Shown: positions 16,208 through 29,490 of the stretch, piece after piece | Layout of the letters: every line of letters begins with the position of its first letter | Position numbering within the stretch: the first letter of the stretch is position 1 | From: the human T2T-CHM13v2.0 reference genome, Homo sapiens | Direction: 5' to 3' (one strand) | Assembly: GCF_009914755.1 (NCBI RefSeq) | Contig: NC_060947.1 | DNA length: 64,000 nucleotides | Translations under genes and position numbers: made by a program | Notes under the pieces: model-generated | What the model saw: the letters and a program-made list of their open reading frames with translations, nothing else | What the model was told of the DNA's origin: nothing | The model's database searches: none

Positions 16208-16450
16208 GTTTTTTTAGCTTTTATTTTAGGTTTGGGGTTACATGTGCAGGTTTGTTATATAGATAAATTGCGTGTCACAGTGGTTTGGTATACAGATACT
16301 TTTGTTATTTTGTTATTTTGTATTTTGTTACCTAGGTTATAGCATAGTACCTGATGGGTGGTTTTCGATCCTCACCCTCCCCTCCTACCCTCCACCCTTA
16401 AGTAGGCCCAGTTGTCTGTTGTTCCCCTCTTCCTGTCCATATGTACTCAG
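16208..16450 (-). mobile_element. Old L1PA 3' UTR fragment
   Basis: tacatgtgcaggtttgttatatagataaattgcgtgtcac motif. Confidence 0.75.
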
Positions 16451-17655
16451 AATTTTTAATATGAGTTTTTCATGTTCCTAATTTAGCTATTCTATTGTCA
16501 CAGCTTTCTGATTTTGTTTTCTTTAAAGTATGAGAAAAAATTGAATTCTCTAAAATGATTATTTTCTATTATTATTCCAGTAATAAACTGTGTAGTAGAA
16601 AAGTAAAGACAACTTTTCTACCCAGTGAGAAACATGTAATTAATTGGATCCAAAAACTCATAAACTTTATATTGCCATGTGAAATATTAGTTGTACTGAC
16701 TGTTATAGGACCATTTATTCAAAAAAGTTTGAGAAAATTTCTGTAGAGACGATGGAGACAACACTCTTATTTTTAAAAAGCTTACTTTAGTTTTCAGTTC
16801 TTCTATAGCAATAATTCATATAAGCAGTATATTTGGAAAGCTTTGCTCTGCTTGGTGGTGACAAAGTGCTGGTTTTGTGAGCTGCCTAATACATCGACCA
16901 CTATAGATGGATACTGTATGTAAAAAATATTTGTATTATGGTGCAGATCTTTTATGACTGCAGAAAACTATTCTTAGCAATTGATGGTGGATCTCTGATG
17001 TGAAACTATGTTTAGGAAAGCATTCCTTGCAGTAATACAGTTTTCAGAAACAGCATTGTGGATAAAAATGTCATATAAAAAGCTCCCAGAAAATATTTCA
17101 AACGTGTTTTTAAGTGTATTTCTTTATCTACTTAAACCTAAATTTTTATACCCATGGACATTGCTTCTTTTATTAAAATACAGTTAATAGCATCAATCAC
17201 TAGATTGCTTAAAAATACTTTATTGTGTATTATGTTATGTCTACCCTTTTGATGGTCTTACTTTTATGTGCTTTACTTAATGAGTTGTGACAGTATTTCA
17301 TGGAAACATGTCGTTTGAACTGTTGGACATTTTATGATGTAGAAATTAAAGTCTGTGTTTGTTACCCTTTCTGCACATTTAAAAAATAGAAACTATTTTA
17401 ATTATTTGCTTTTTTTCATCATCTGTCAATTAAGTGATTTGCTGTTATACCAATTGGAATTGGAAAACTATTATTAATACCTGAAAGGTTTTACAGAAAA
17501 GGATTAAATCTTACTTTTTTGAAACGATCTTTCCATTTTGCATTTTAAATATCCTTCTGATATTGCTGAACCATCATGTCCCATATTGATTTCAATATCT
17601 GCAAATAAACTACTTTTCAACATTAATTTTTAATGCATTTTCATTTACTGTCTAG

Positions 17656-17770
17656 CTGACATTAAAAAGGGTCTTGCTGCAAAGAGAAAAAGGATTGAAA
17701 GCGTTGCAAAAGCTTGCAACGAAACAAACAACAAAATTAAACGTATTTTGAGAACAATACAACTAAAAAT
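17656..17770 (+). pseudogene. FAM9-like 115-bp exon (Cor1/SYCP3 core), open but with degenerate donor
   Basis: tctag|CT...; encodes [38 protein letters not shown], versus FAM9[39 protein letters not shown]. Donor reads AT|gcatga. Confidence 0.9.
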
Positions 17771-18615
17771 GCATGATTGTTGGCTTTTTTGAATAAGGAT
17801 ATTTCTATCATTTCTTTGTATTCATTGGTGCAAATAATTTCAAAAACTATCTTGTACATATTGGTGTCTGTAGTGAACAATATGTTTACTTGATTGTTCC
17901 TTAAGCAGGTAAGTTTCTTTGTTTTATAACCTAAGTTTAACAGAATTGAGGTATATTATCTAGAAAGCCAATGAAGATGACCTCTTTTTGCCTTCCAGAT
18001 AAAAATAGTCTTCCTGTAAAATTAATTTTTATCCATTTCTAGAAATATGGCAGCTGCATATAAGATAAATGTCTTCAACGTTTAGTCTGTAGATCCTTAA
18101 CAATATTAAGTTATGTAGAAAGGGACAACCTTATGTCGTAAATAGGTTATCTATTTTAGTTAAATTGTTTTCACTATTCCTTTTAGAAAATCATTGTTGT
18201 ACCAAAGTGGAGAGAGAGTTAAGTGAAGTATTTCTTTTGGGAAATCTTACGGGATGAATGGCTATGATATTCTTGAACCTACTTATGAGAACCCACATGT
18301 TATTTAGTTTGAGGAAATGAAAAGTAAACTGCTGTTAGAGAAAATTATTGTTTCTGGGAAATTTATAGTGCAGTAAACTCTCCTTTGTTTTCAGCACATA
18401 AAGAATGTAAGATAGCTGCTCTAGTAGTCAGTTAGGAAGGGATCCTTTCAGAATGACAGTAACTCATTTCACCTTTTCCCAAAAAGAAGATTTCAGCTGC
18501 CATTACTCCCTTGCTACTTTATAGTATAAATTATGTGAAGTCAGTTTTGGTTTGAATAGGATTAATTTTTCATCTCTCTATGACATATGACCGTGTTACT
18601 TATTATGTGTTACAG

Positions 18616-18839
18616 GCAGAAATGTAGTTATGGACGTTCTCTGAAGTTGCTGACTGTCCTTGAATCACAGGTGAGCAGAAAGATGAAGAAGAAAGAAGAA
18701 GGAGCTGAATGCCCTTGAAGAATACATCACAGGTGAGCAGAAAGATGAAGAAGAAAGAAGAAGGAGCCGAATACCCTTGAAGAATACATCACAGGTGAGC
18801 AGAAAGATGAAGAAGAGAGAAGAAGGAGAAGAACTAATT
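18616..18839 (+). pseudogene. FAM9-like exon disrupted by a 62-bp triplication
   Basis: ttacag|GCAGAAATGT...; encodes [16 protein letters not shown] and repeated LEEYITGEQKDEEE, versus FAM9C [27 protein letters not shown]. Probable ancestral donor gttggt at 18840. Confidence 0.85.
18649..18827 (+). repeat. 62-bp tandem repeat x3 (first unit 55 bp)
   Basis: Units start at 18649, 18704 and 18766. Confidence 0.95.
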
Positions 18840-19365
18840 GTTGGTATCAGGCTTAGCTTTACAATTAACCTATTGTATCAATGTCTCAGGTAGTAATGGT
18901 TCATGCAGAAATCCAGCAAAGAAGGAAGAGAGCATGAACCCAGAGAGCGGGGCCCATTAGTGGACTCATGGACTAGGGGAATATAATTGCCATGCAGCAT
19001 TAGGGGTCCAACTGAGGTCAGTGTCATAGGGATTAAGAAGTTAAAGTCAGCCCAGATGGCATATTTGTGCAAGAGTAACTTTAGGGTTGGAATTTCCTGG
19101 GTTGGGGTGTAGCTGAGCACATTGATAGAGGGAGAGTTGGGCAGGGCATATATGTTGGTGGAGGGGGGGCGGTTATGATGACTGGCTGTGGAATTTCAGC
19201 TGGGACTGAGTTACCGGAGCACATGGGGGTGGGCATTGGGCAGTGAAAAGTGCTCCATCCATTGGGTGTTGGGTCCCTACAGATTCCTGAGCTGTAGTAC
19301 TGAAGTGAGTGACCTACAGTGACAGGGAGGTAGTGGCTGTGTATGTTGGGAAGATGGAGAAATAG

Positions 19366-19625
19366 CTGAGTGGAGTGGTCAGGGGCTGGGACTCTGCAGC
19401 CACATTGCTTGGGATCCAACTCCAGTTTGACCATTGCTAGCTTGGAAATATGGGCAAATTATTTATCTCTGTGCCTCAGTTGCCTTATCTATGAAAGGAG
19501 ACATGGTAAGAGTACCTACCTCAGAGTTGTTTGAAGGATTAAAGGGTTCTTATGTAATGGGTTTATTTAAAATTTTCAGGATGCGATCTCACCCATGGTT
19601 GCTCTTTATCGTTGCTATCATTGCT
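19366..19625 (+). mobile_element. MIR
   Basis: MIR core tctctgtgcctcagttgccttatctatgaaa...tacctacctcagagttgtt. Confidence 0.8.
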
Positions 19626-20168
19626 ATTATTATTATTACGGGAGATGTTGCAGCCATTGGGAATGACAAAATCTAGGGGATGACTGTGTGAGTGAGTGCC
19701 ACATAGAGGAGAGGAGAACACTGTTGTTGGAGATTAGGTCAAGGTGCAGAAAGGCAATCATTGTTGGAAGGTTCATCTATGTGCATACTGAAATGACCAA
19801 GTGTTTAAAATCTTAGTAAAAAAGAATGTTTCTTAGGTAAGAAAGATCTGTATTAGAAATTAACTATCTGTGGTCAACAAATTGTAGGAAGGGTCATCAA
19901 ATACTCTTCATTTGAAACCAAGAATTAGGACATACATGTTGAATATATATAAGAAAGAATATTCTTTACTCCATGACTGATGAGAAAGATTATGTTGTTT
20001 TAGCATATGAGTGGTGAACACAACTGTTTAAAATTGGTCATAAATGTTGTCTAATAGTGTTCAGAAGTATTGATTTAAAGAGTATCCATTTAAAGCTAAT
20101 GCAGAATTATGTTTTGTAAGTATTAAAATTTATCCGATTTTAATCACTTTTTAGTTTTGTGCTTCTAG

Positions 20169-20256
20169 AGAATATTTCAAGAGCAACAAAAGAGACGGCA
20201 ACAAGATGGGAAAGGAACTGAAAGAGATTGAGCCGCCACATGAGCAATTCACAAAG
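20169..20256 (+). pseudogene. FAM9C-type terminal coding exon
   Basis: ttctag|AGA...; encodes [20 protein letters not shown] (TGA 20229-20231), versus FAM9C [20 protein letters not shown]. Donor AAG|gtctgt. Confidence 0.9.
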
Positions 20257-20353
20257 GTCTGTTCTATTTGGTAACACAATACGTTCTTATAAAATACAAC
20301 TCATGAACAAAAATAGAAGACAGTCTGCTTGTTTCTGAATGTATGGAAAGACC

Positions 20354-20917
20354 TTTTTTTTTGATCAGTTTGACTTTATTAATATTTGTTCCACAGAGCT
20401 TTACAGGTATCCTTTAACTGACTTCTAGGATTTATAGTTTTTACTTTTTTCACCAAACAACAAATTCATTTTTATAAAATTCAGTTGGCCCCGAGAGTTT
20501 CTTTTTTTTTTTAATTATCCTTTAAGTTCTAGGGTATATATGCACAAAGTGCAGGTTTGTTACATTGTATACATGTGCCATGTTAGTGTGCTGCACCCGT
20601 TAACTCGTCATTTACATTAGGTATATCTCCCAATGCTATCCCTCCCCCGACCCCACAACAGTCCCCAGAGTGTGATGTTCCCCTTCCTGTGTCCATGTGA
20701 TCTCATTGTTCAATTCCCACCTATGAGTGAGAACATGCGGTGTTTGGTTTTCGTCCTTGCGATAGTTTGCTGAGAATGATGGTTTCCAGCTTCATCCATG
20801 TCCCTACAAAGGACATGAACTCATCCTTTTTTTTGGCTGCATGGTATTCCATGGTGTATATATGCCACATTTTCTTAATCCAGTCTATCATTGGTGGACA
20901 TTTGGGTTGGTTCCAAG
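20354..20917 (-). mobile_element. 5'-truncated L1PA (about L1PA4-like) with a 139-bp 3' transduction
   Basis: L1 3' end 20513-20917, first tail 20502-20512, unique segment 20363-20501, second tail 20354-20362, TSD 20344-20357 / 20918-20931. Confidence 0.85.
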
Positions 20918-23002
20918 TGGACAGACCTTTTGGTTATACATTATAAATTACTTACCATTTTCACTTTGTATTGTTCCAGATTTAACATAATTGGTAAGTG
21001 TATTTTTAGGATTCATGAATAGTTTTGTGGGAGTTATTTAAAACAGGAAAAGGTAAATTGGAAATTTTACCTGGAAATATAAATCTTGTGTATAAAATTG
21101 ATACTTTATGAATACATTAATGAAGATTTCATATTCAGTTTTTAGGAGATCAGCGACAGATCTTTAGTGGAATGCAGGAAGTCCATAAATCCTTACTGGA
21201 TGTCTTTTTTACTTGTCTTGTTTAAACAGTTTTAGTTAAATAGGAAGTAGGCAAGTGTTGACTACTGAGTATCTCTTTTATTTCCTGCTGGAATGTAGGA
21301 GTGTTTTATGGCATATTCCCTTTCAAAACTATTAGTGACTAGTAATGGTTTTACATGAAAATTTGTAATCATAAGAGATGGTTCAGATGTATAACAGAAT
21401 GTGAAAGCCAGCAGATTATTAACACTTTGTGAATTGTGAATTATCTGCTGTCATATAGCATATTAGCTAATCGTTATTGGACAATGACCTCTTCTTCATG
21501 TAGATGTATATTATTTAGGAAACAATGTAATTTTCTTTTGGGAGGTATTCTTTTTAATAACCTTGTGAAAAGACATGCTCATATGTCACTCCTCTACACT
21601 AACTGAGATGTGTTAAATAAACTAGGAAAAGCGTTTGAAAATAAAATTTTCAAGCAACTTAAGGATGATCTGTACACAAACAGTTATTTACATAGAAGTC
21701 ACGAGAAGAGAACATGTTGCTATAATGTTCCTCAGAAACTATTTATTAATTGGTATGAACATTAAACTAGAAAAGTTATCCTGTCAATGTTAATGCTACA
21801 TGTTACCCCTTAGGGTAGAAACTTTGGTATCATCTTGGACTCCTCTGAGTCCATTATCCTTCCCATGCAGTTATTGCGAGGCACGTTTACCGCTGTAATG
21901 GTCCTTTAATTTCTTTCTTTAAATCCCTACTGAGGCTGCCCTAGTTCAAGACCTCATTCTTCCTTGCTTGTATTATTAAGCTCTTTTCTGAGTTATCTCT
22001 TCTCTTCTGAGCCATCCTTCACTGATGGGCAATACTATCTTCCTAACACTCTCCCCTTTCTAAAATGCTTCCTAGCCCTTCCCTCTTCCCAGCCTGTCAG
22101 TGGTGCCCATGTCTCAGTTCTTAGATATTCAGAGACTCTCCCCTTTACATGACCCCCTCTTAGGCTTGTTTTGCCACCCTCTGTCTTTCCTCCCAACTCT
22201 CCAGATTGACAGCCTTCCCTGAAGGAACTCACCGTTACTCCCATGCTTTGCTCATGCCCTTCCCTCCAAATGCTTTTAAAATCTTTCTTTTTCTTTTTTC
22301 TTTTTTTTTTTTTGACTGATTGAAATCTTGTGCCAACTAAGTCGACATCAGTCTCCATTTTTGGCTACATGTCCGAGTGAGTTGCTCTTCCATAGCAGTA
22401 ACACAAGTTTTGTATTACTTTTTTTTTTATTCGTGCATTTGCTCATGTCACAGGAATACGGAAGAGATTGTGTACTCATTTTTTACGTCTTCCTCAGTAT
22501 TAACATACAACATTTTAGGGACTATGAACTGCTGAACTATTTGTTGAGGGACTAGTATATGTTTCATACGTAGTTATGTTTTCCCCAACTTGATTAGGTC
22601 ATATCACAGACCATTTTATCCCTTCAATGAAAACCACGTTATGTGGACTATTAGTGATAACAAATGGTCACTACCTGGTGAAAAAATATGGTATTCCATG
22701 ATATAAGACTGACAGTCTTTTTCTGTCTTTGGTCCATCTTGTCTGTAACATGTTCATCAAGCCATTTTATTCAAGCAAACTACATGACTGTTGGACCTGC
22801 TATAATAATATTTCACTGAAATCTGGAATTAAAAAATTTAAGTATTTGGAGCTCCATGTATTGATTACAGTTTTTAAATTTGAAATAAATAACCAGCATC
22901 CTTTGAATATTAAAAGCTGTTTCCTTTGACATCTAATTTACCCTGTTTAAAACCTGAGATGTAAAGTGATGGTTTGTCAGTGAACTAGACTTTTTGTTTT
23001 AG

Positions 23003-23119
23003 AGTATTGAGGACTTGGAAGAGTATAATGAAAGCCCTCTTTTTGGTGAAGAAAGTGGTGAAGAAAGTCAACTTAAAAAATACATCACCGTGTTCCAAAA
23101 TAAAATTGTGTCGGAGACC
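23003..23119 (+). pseudogene. SYCP3-homologous penultimate exon remnant
   Basis: ttttag|AGT...; encodes SIEDLEEYNESPLFGEES(GEES)QLKKYITVFQNKIVSET, versus SYCP3 [35 protein letters not shown]. 12-bp tandem duplication at 23045-23068. Donor mutated to ataagt. Confidence 0.75.
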
Positions 23120-23228
23120 ATAAGTACTGCATATTTAATCTTAAAAACTCAGGATTGATGTAAGCACTGGAATATTTTATTTGTAGAAATGTATATTGCA
23201 ATTACTTAAATTTCTTTTTTTGAGACAA

Positions 23229-23282
23229 CTGCAGTAAGAGTTGGCACTTATTCAGATGTCTCTTTAACCACTGTTATTCTGA
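23229..23282 (+). pseudogene. SYCP3-homologous last-exon remnant
   Basis: LQ*ELALIQMSL*PLLF* aligns without gaps to SYCP3 QQQEIASVRKSLQSMLF*. Acceptor decayed to caa. AATAAA downstream at 23610-23615. Confidence 0.7.
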
Positions 23283-24650
23283 TGGCTGATGAAAAAACTT
23301 GAACCTATGTTATATGATACAAGCATAACTTGAGCTACACTAAACCACATGACAGTATTTAGTTAATTCTCGTATAAATTAGTGTATCTCCTCTATCATT
23401 AGTTTGTTTGTTAAATGCCAGACCTCGTTACTGTGATCTGTTGAATGAACCCTAGACAGTTCTGTGAGAAAGCAGCAATTGCACAGTTATATACATGGTC
23501 AGTTAAATTTTAACATTAAAGATAATTTAGTTTTAGGTTTGGCCTCTGTGGATCTGTATCCGTTCCAAAACTGTAGAAAGCACAGGCATGGAACAGTACA
23601 TTTTTCTCTAATAAAAGAAGACAAAACTTATTTTATCTGTGCATTCTTTGTATTTATTCATTAGGTTAAAGAGACAATTCCAATGAAAGTATGACTTCAA
23701 AAAATAGATATACTCTATGGCCTTTCAAAATTATTAAACTTACCTTAACATCTGTGTTCTTGAAAAAAATTAAACTACTATAAATGATTGAGACAACTGA
23801 GCAGGATATATAAATGTCAGTGCTGAGCCATTGGCTTGTGGGTATGTCATTTCCAAAGACATCAAAATGCCATTTAGTTTGTTTTGGTCCACCATTCAAT
23901 GATACCACCCCTCAGCATTGATTCAAAGTATTTTATTAACATTTATGTATGCTTAACAATTACTTCACATCTATGGCAAGGTAAATTATGTAGGGTGCTT
24001 TGTTTTTTAAGTTTAGTATTTGTGGAGTATGTGGAAGTTAGTTTAAGTATGCATGCATCTAAAATCTTGTATGATGAACTCTCTTACCTTTCCTTTTTAA
24101 TGTGCAGTTTTTGCACATAACATACAAAATGTTCATTTGGAAACACTTTAGTAAATATGAAATTCAGAATATATTTGGAATAAGTCAGTTAAATGTATTC
24201 TTTTGCTGAGTTTCTGAAATTCCATTCATGAATTGTTCAGAACACAATACCCTCATTGGGAGGAGAGGAGAGACTTACTCTCATTTTCCCTTGTTCTTTT
24301 CATTTTAATTGGCCCCTATATACCACTCTTATCTTTTCAAGGTTTTCCAAGTTAAAGAAAAAAAAAGTTCATTCAGATTCTGTTTTTCTGCCTACAGTCA
24401 CTTATACAGGAATAAGTGAATCCTTATGGGGAGCATTTAATTCTTAAAGCTTGCATTTTCATAAAGGATTTTCCTTTTACCCAAAGCATGTGTTGATGTG
24501 TAAGTCTAAGTACTACTTCAAGTTTCTAAGAAGATCCTTATTTGAGATCTCTTTCAGTAGTTACAGAGGCAAAATAAGCACTGCAGAGGTCCATGTGAGA
24601 GTTCTATTATACATACTGGGCTATCTGACTATTCTACAGTGGAAGGATGA

Positions 24651-24995
<345 letters not shown>

Positions 24996-25108
24996 AAAAG
25001 TTGATATTTATGTCACCCCTTAGTACCTCAAATGAGTAACTGTGTACTTGAAGTCACTCTGGCAGATATTCTGAAGGGAAGAAAGTTTTTGACCTTAAAA
25101 GTTATTAG

Positions 25109-25111
<3 letters not shown>

Positions 25112-25143
<32 letters not shown>

Positions 25144-25275
25144 AATGTGTGTATATACGTATATATGTGTGTGTGTGTATGTATATATGCATATACATGT
25201 ATGTATATAGATAATATGCATATATATATGCATATACGTATATGTGAATATATGCACACACACACACATATATAT
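25112..25275. repeat. (TG)n/(TA)n/(CA)n compound microsatellite
   Basis: Direct reading of the sequence. Confidence 0.95.
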
Positions 25276-26464
25276 GACTTTGTTTTTTAGAATTGTTTTT
25301 AGTTCACAACAAATTGATCTGAAGGTCTAGAGATTTCTCATTTACCCCCTGTTCTGCCACCATAGCATTCCCCACTATCCATGTACCCCACCAGAGTGGT
25401 GCCTTTGTTGCACTCCATGAAATTACATTGACACATCATTATCACCCCAAGTCCATAGATTACTTCAGGGTTCACTCTTGGTTACTTTTTGTGTGTGTGT
25501 GACTATTTTCCTCACATCTCTTGTGCTATAGCCCCTGTTTTATTTTTTCATTAAGATAACGTTTAATTTATATATTTGTGACCATGAAATTTTAGGTTAG
25601 GATATCAGAAACAAGTCGCACTAAAACAAACGTAAAGATACACTTTTCTCAAGAAAATGGTAAGACAGGTAACTTTAATTTACATACATATGCTTGAAAA
25701 ATTGCAGTTAGTGCTTTTAAATTCTAGACTGAAGCACGTATTTTCTTTTATTCCATAATAAACACCCGCTTTGAAGAATGGCTGATATCAAGAGCATCAT
25801 GTCTCCTAATATTGTCTCACTCAGCAGCTGAATGTTAAAATGCAAAGTAAAAGCACTAAATATATCCTTAGAGCAGTGATGTACTGAACAAAATTCAGAG
25901 GTCATATGCAAAGACAGTGCCCAAGAAATTTTGCCCACAGACCAGTGGCAAGTCCTTTATTTCAGCAACTGAAACTGAAGAGAAACAGTCTTTTGCCTCC
26001 CTGCCTCTTGGAGAGGGTTTCTCCTGATAGCAGAGGGAAAGGACCATCTCATTTCCCTGATGTTAAAATTTCATCTTGGAGTCCTAGGCTTATATCTTTG
26101 TGAAGATATCTAAATTAAGGTGATCCAGTCAAATCACAAAATACTTGACTCACTCCTTAGGAGGAGCTTAAGTCTGCCCTGATTTCTGTGCATACACCTG
26201 ATTTATTGCACTCAGAGTACAAAAGCTCTGAGATGTCAAATTGAGCCAGGCCGCACATTGCATTCTTATCCAGGTGAATCAGGGCTCTCTCAGTGCTGCT
26301 CACCCAAAGCACATTGAAATAATTTTTCTTATTTATTTGTAAAACAGTGATGATGGTATCTGTGTCAGAGGGTTACTGTGTCACAGGAAACAATGATGGT
26401 GAGAAGGTTAGACATATGGTACATGTTGAATAAATGTTAGCTATTAGTTACCAATATCTTCATG

Positions 26465-26797
26465 ATTTTTATTGATATATAATAGTTGTAAATATGTATG
26501 GAGTAAATGTGATATTTTGATTCATGAATATGTAAAGATCAAATCAGAGTAGTTGGGATATTCATCACCTCAAACTTTTATCAATTTTTTGTGTTGAGAA
26601 CATCGCAAATGTCTTCTAGGTATTTTGAAATACATGATAACTACAGTTATTCGAGTGTGCTATTGAACCCTAGAACTTATTTCTTCTCTCTAACTGTATG
26701 TTTGTATCCATTGTCCAGCATTTCTTTATCCCCGTCAACCCTGCTACTGTTTCCACCCTCTGGTAACCACCGTTCTACTCACTACCTCCCTGAGATC
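26465..26797 (-). mobile_element. L1MA 3' UTR fragment
   Basis: Antisense L1MA 3'-end motifs (gatcaaatcagagtagttgggatattcatcacc; ctctggtaaccacc). Confidence 0.75.
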
Positions 26798-26838
26798 AGT
26801 GTTGTCCAGGAATGAAAAGCAAGTAAATGGTAAAGACA

Positions 26839-27163
26839 GGCCGGGTGTGGTGGCTTACACCTGTAATCCCAGCACTTTGGGAGGCTGAGGCCGGCAGATC
26901 ACCTGAGGCCAAGAGTTCGAGACCAGCCTGGCCAACATGGTGAAACCTCATCTCTACTAAAAATACACACAAAAAAAAAAAATTAGCTGGGCTTGGTGGC
27001 GTGTGCCTGTAGTCCCAGTGACTCAGGGAGGCTGAGGCAGGAGAATCGCTTGAACCCAGGAGGTAGAGGTTACAGTGAGCCAAGATCATGCCACTGCACT
27101 CCAGCCTGGGCGACAGAGGGAGACTCCATCTCAAAAAGGAACAAAAAAATAAAAAATAAAAAA
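26839..27163 (+). mobile_element. AluSx-like
   Basis: Full dimer with A-rich tail. Confidence 0.95.
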
Positions 27164-29129
27164 GATGAACTAGTTGATAGTTAATAATCATGACTGGTCT
27201 ATTTGTCTGCTACACTTTCTTTCCTCTATGTGTGGCAAGTGCCTACTTACTCTTTTAAGACTTGTGTCAAAGACCACCTAGTTCTTCACCTTTTCTGGAC
27301 CCTGTTAGTTCTCAAACAAAATTGTGCCCCCTTTCCTCTCTTTTAGTGGTTCTGTACCTCTCAAACCCTGTATTGTGGCTGTTATTTACTGAACTGTTAC
27401 CCTAGAGTGTAAAAACTTTATCATAGTCCTAATTTTATTTTTGGAAACTGGTATGTTCCCAGCCATACAGGAGGTGCACAATACACACGTACTAAATAAA
27501 GTAATGGTCATTTGAAAGAGTAAATGGTGAATACACAGCAATTCTCCAATCTTTGTGTTTATGCAAACACAAGAATTAACTTTATTGGCCTAATTCAAAC
27601 GTTATCTTGAAATTTATTCAAAGTTCCCATTTTCCATGAATTAACCAGACATTTTTTGTTACTAGATTTTCACTAATTAACCAGTTAAATCTCTTTTGTC
27701 TTATATCATTTTAAAAGAGCATGTGGAACAAATTCAAACAACTTAGGTAGTTCACGTCTGTTTAGCTCACTATTTTAAGGAGTGAAGTTCACCCCGCCAT
27801 TTGCCTACTTGCCTCAGTACTCACACAACAATTGCACTGATGTCCTGCTAATGCGCATTAAATCAGATATCCATACCTGGCTTTGAAGTGTGCCCTATTC
27901 AACAAACAGCTCACTTGGTTGTTATCTTCCATCTAGTATAAAGATAAAATATGTGCCAGAGAAAGATGTCTTATAGAGATTTTCGTGATGTACTAGTTAC
28001 CCATAAACAATTAATTACTGGGGCAGACATTCCTACCTTTTAGAAGGAGAAGGCTTGTTCATAGGAGTTGAGAGTGAAGAAAATTAATTCTTGTTGAACT
28101 GATAAATGTCCCTTCTAGATAGTTTACATTGCCATTAAAGCATAACGTTGCCATTTTTTCTTTATCTCTCAGCTACTTATTTCTTGCATGAGCTATTCTG
28201 GCTTTTAAAATCATATTTTTTGGTCATTTGCCAAGTGCTTGGCTGTTGGGTACACATGGAATAAATTATCCAGTAAAAACCATCTCAGATCTTTCCAGCT
28301 ATTTTTGATCAGGTACACCTGTAAATCTTAAAAAGCCTATAAAGAAATACCTAACTAGTACATTGGATACAAGACACACAAATCTCACATAGGACAATGG
28401 TAACTGAAGTTCTGAATGTTGACTCAACTTAGGAAATTGCAGTCCTTAGGGGGAAAATATCCTTAAACAAAGGCTTAAAATTCTACTAGGTGGTCACCAC
28501 CGTTTATACACATATGTATTTCCCTCTTTTTATTTGGGAAACTGATGGTCGTATTTCCTTTTCAGGGTGGAAGAAGGAATTCTCCATTAAGAGAAGGGAA
28601 GGAAAATATAGGAAAAATAACCACTCTTTGAAAGCATCTATTGTCCAAATCATGAGGAAGAGCTTGTAGTTCTGAGTTTCACAAACGTGATTTAGTTGTT
28701 TTTCTGTAGGATCCTGCGTGGGGTCACCTGTTTCACGATAGCTGTGTCCTCAGACCCAGTGTAGGAGAAGGGTAAAAAATGTGTTACTTCACTAGTTCAT
28801 ACCTCTCTGAGCCTCTCTTGAAACTGCTGCAGGGAAAATTTCTCCATCTTTGTTCTGTCACTTGCATATTTGGAGCCTTTCCTACTGCCCTTGTTATGCT
28901 GCTTTGCTTTGTTTTACAGCATGCATTTTTTCCATTGCCAATGTTTGTTTGTATTTCCAGGGTCTAGCACATGACTGTGCTCAAATATCAAGTGAATGAA
29001 TGAATGTATGAATGAATGAACATGACTTTCAGATGTCCTTTATGGCTTTTCTCATTGAAGTATATGCTTGTTCTTTACCTCTTCAAAAGAGGTGCAACTC
29101 ATTGAGAATAGGGTTGCCAAATGTTGCAA

Positions 29130-29490
29130 AAACTAAGCATAGTCTTACAAAACTAAACATAGCTGAGCCATACAATCTAACAGTTGCACTCCTTGGTAAC
29201 TACCCAAATGAACTGAAAACTTACGTCCACACAAAAACTTGTATGCCAGTGTTTAACCAGCTTTATCTATCATTGCAAAAATTTGGAAGCAACTAATATA
29301 TCCTTCAATGGGTGAGTGCATAAATAAATTATGGTACATTCATACAATGGAATACTATTCAGAAATTATAAGAAATGATCTAGCAAGCCACAAAATGATC
29401 AAGAGGAACTTGAAATACATATTGCTAAGTGAAAGAAGCCAATCTGAAGAGGCTGCAGCCTGTATGATTCCTGCTATATAGATGACATCT
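29130..29490 (+). mobile_element. Old L1M ORF2/3' fragment
   Basis: Degenerate peptide LGNYPNELKTYVHTKTC and L1M 3' motifs. Confidence 0.8.

Noticed and set aside
18649-18827. CRISPR-like array
   Set aside because: Contiguous tandem units without unique spacers, in eukaryotic DNA, with no cas genes.
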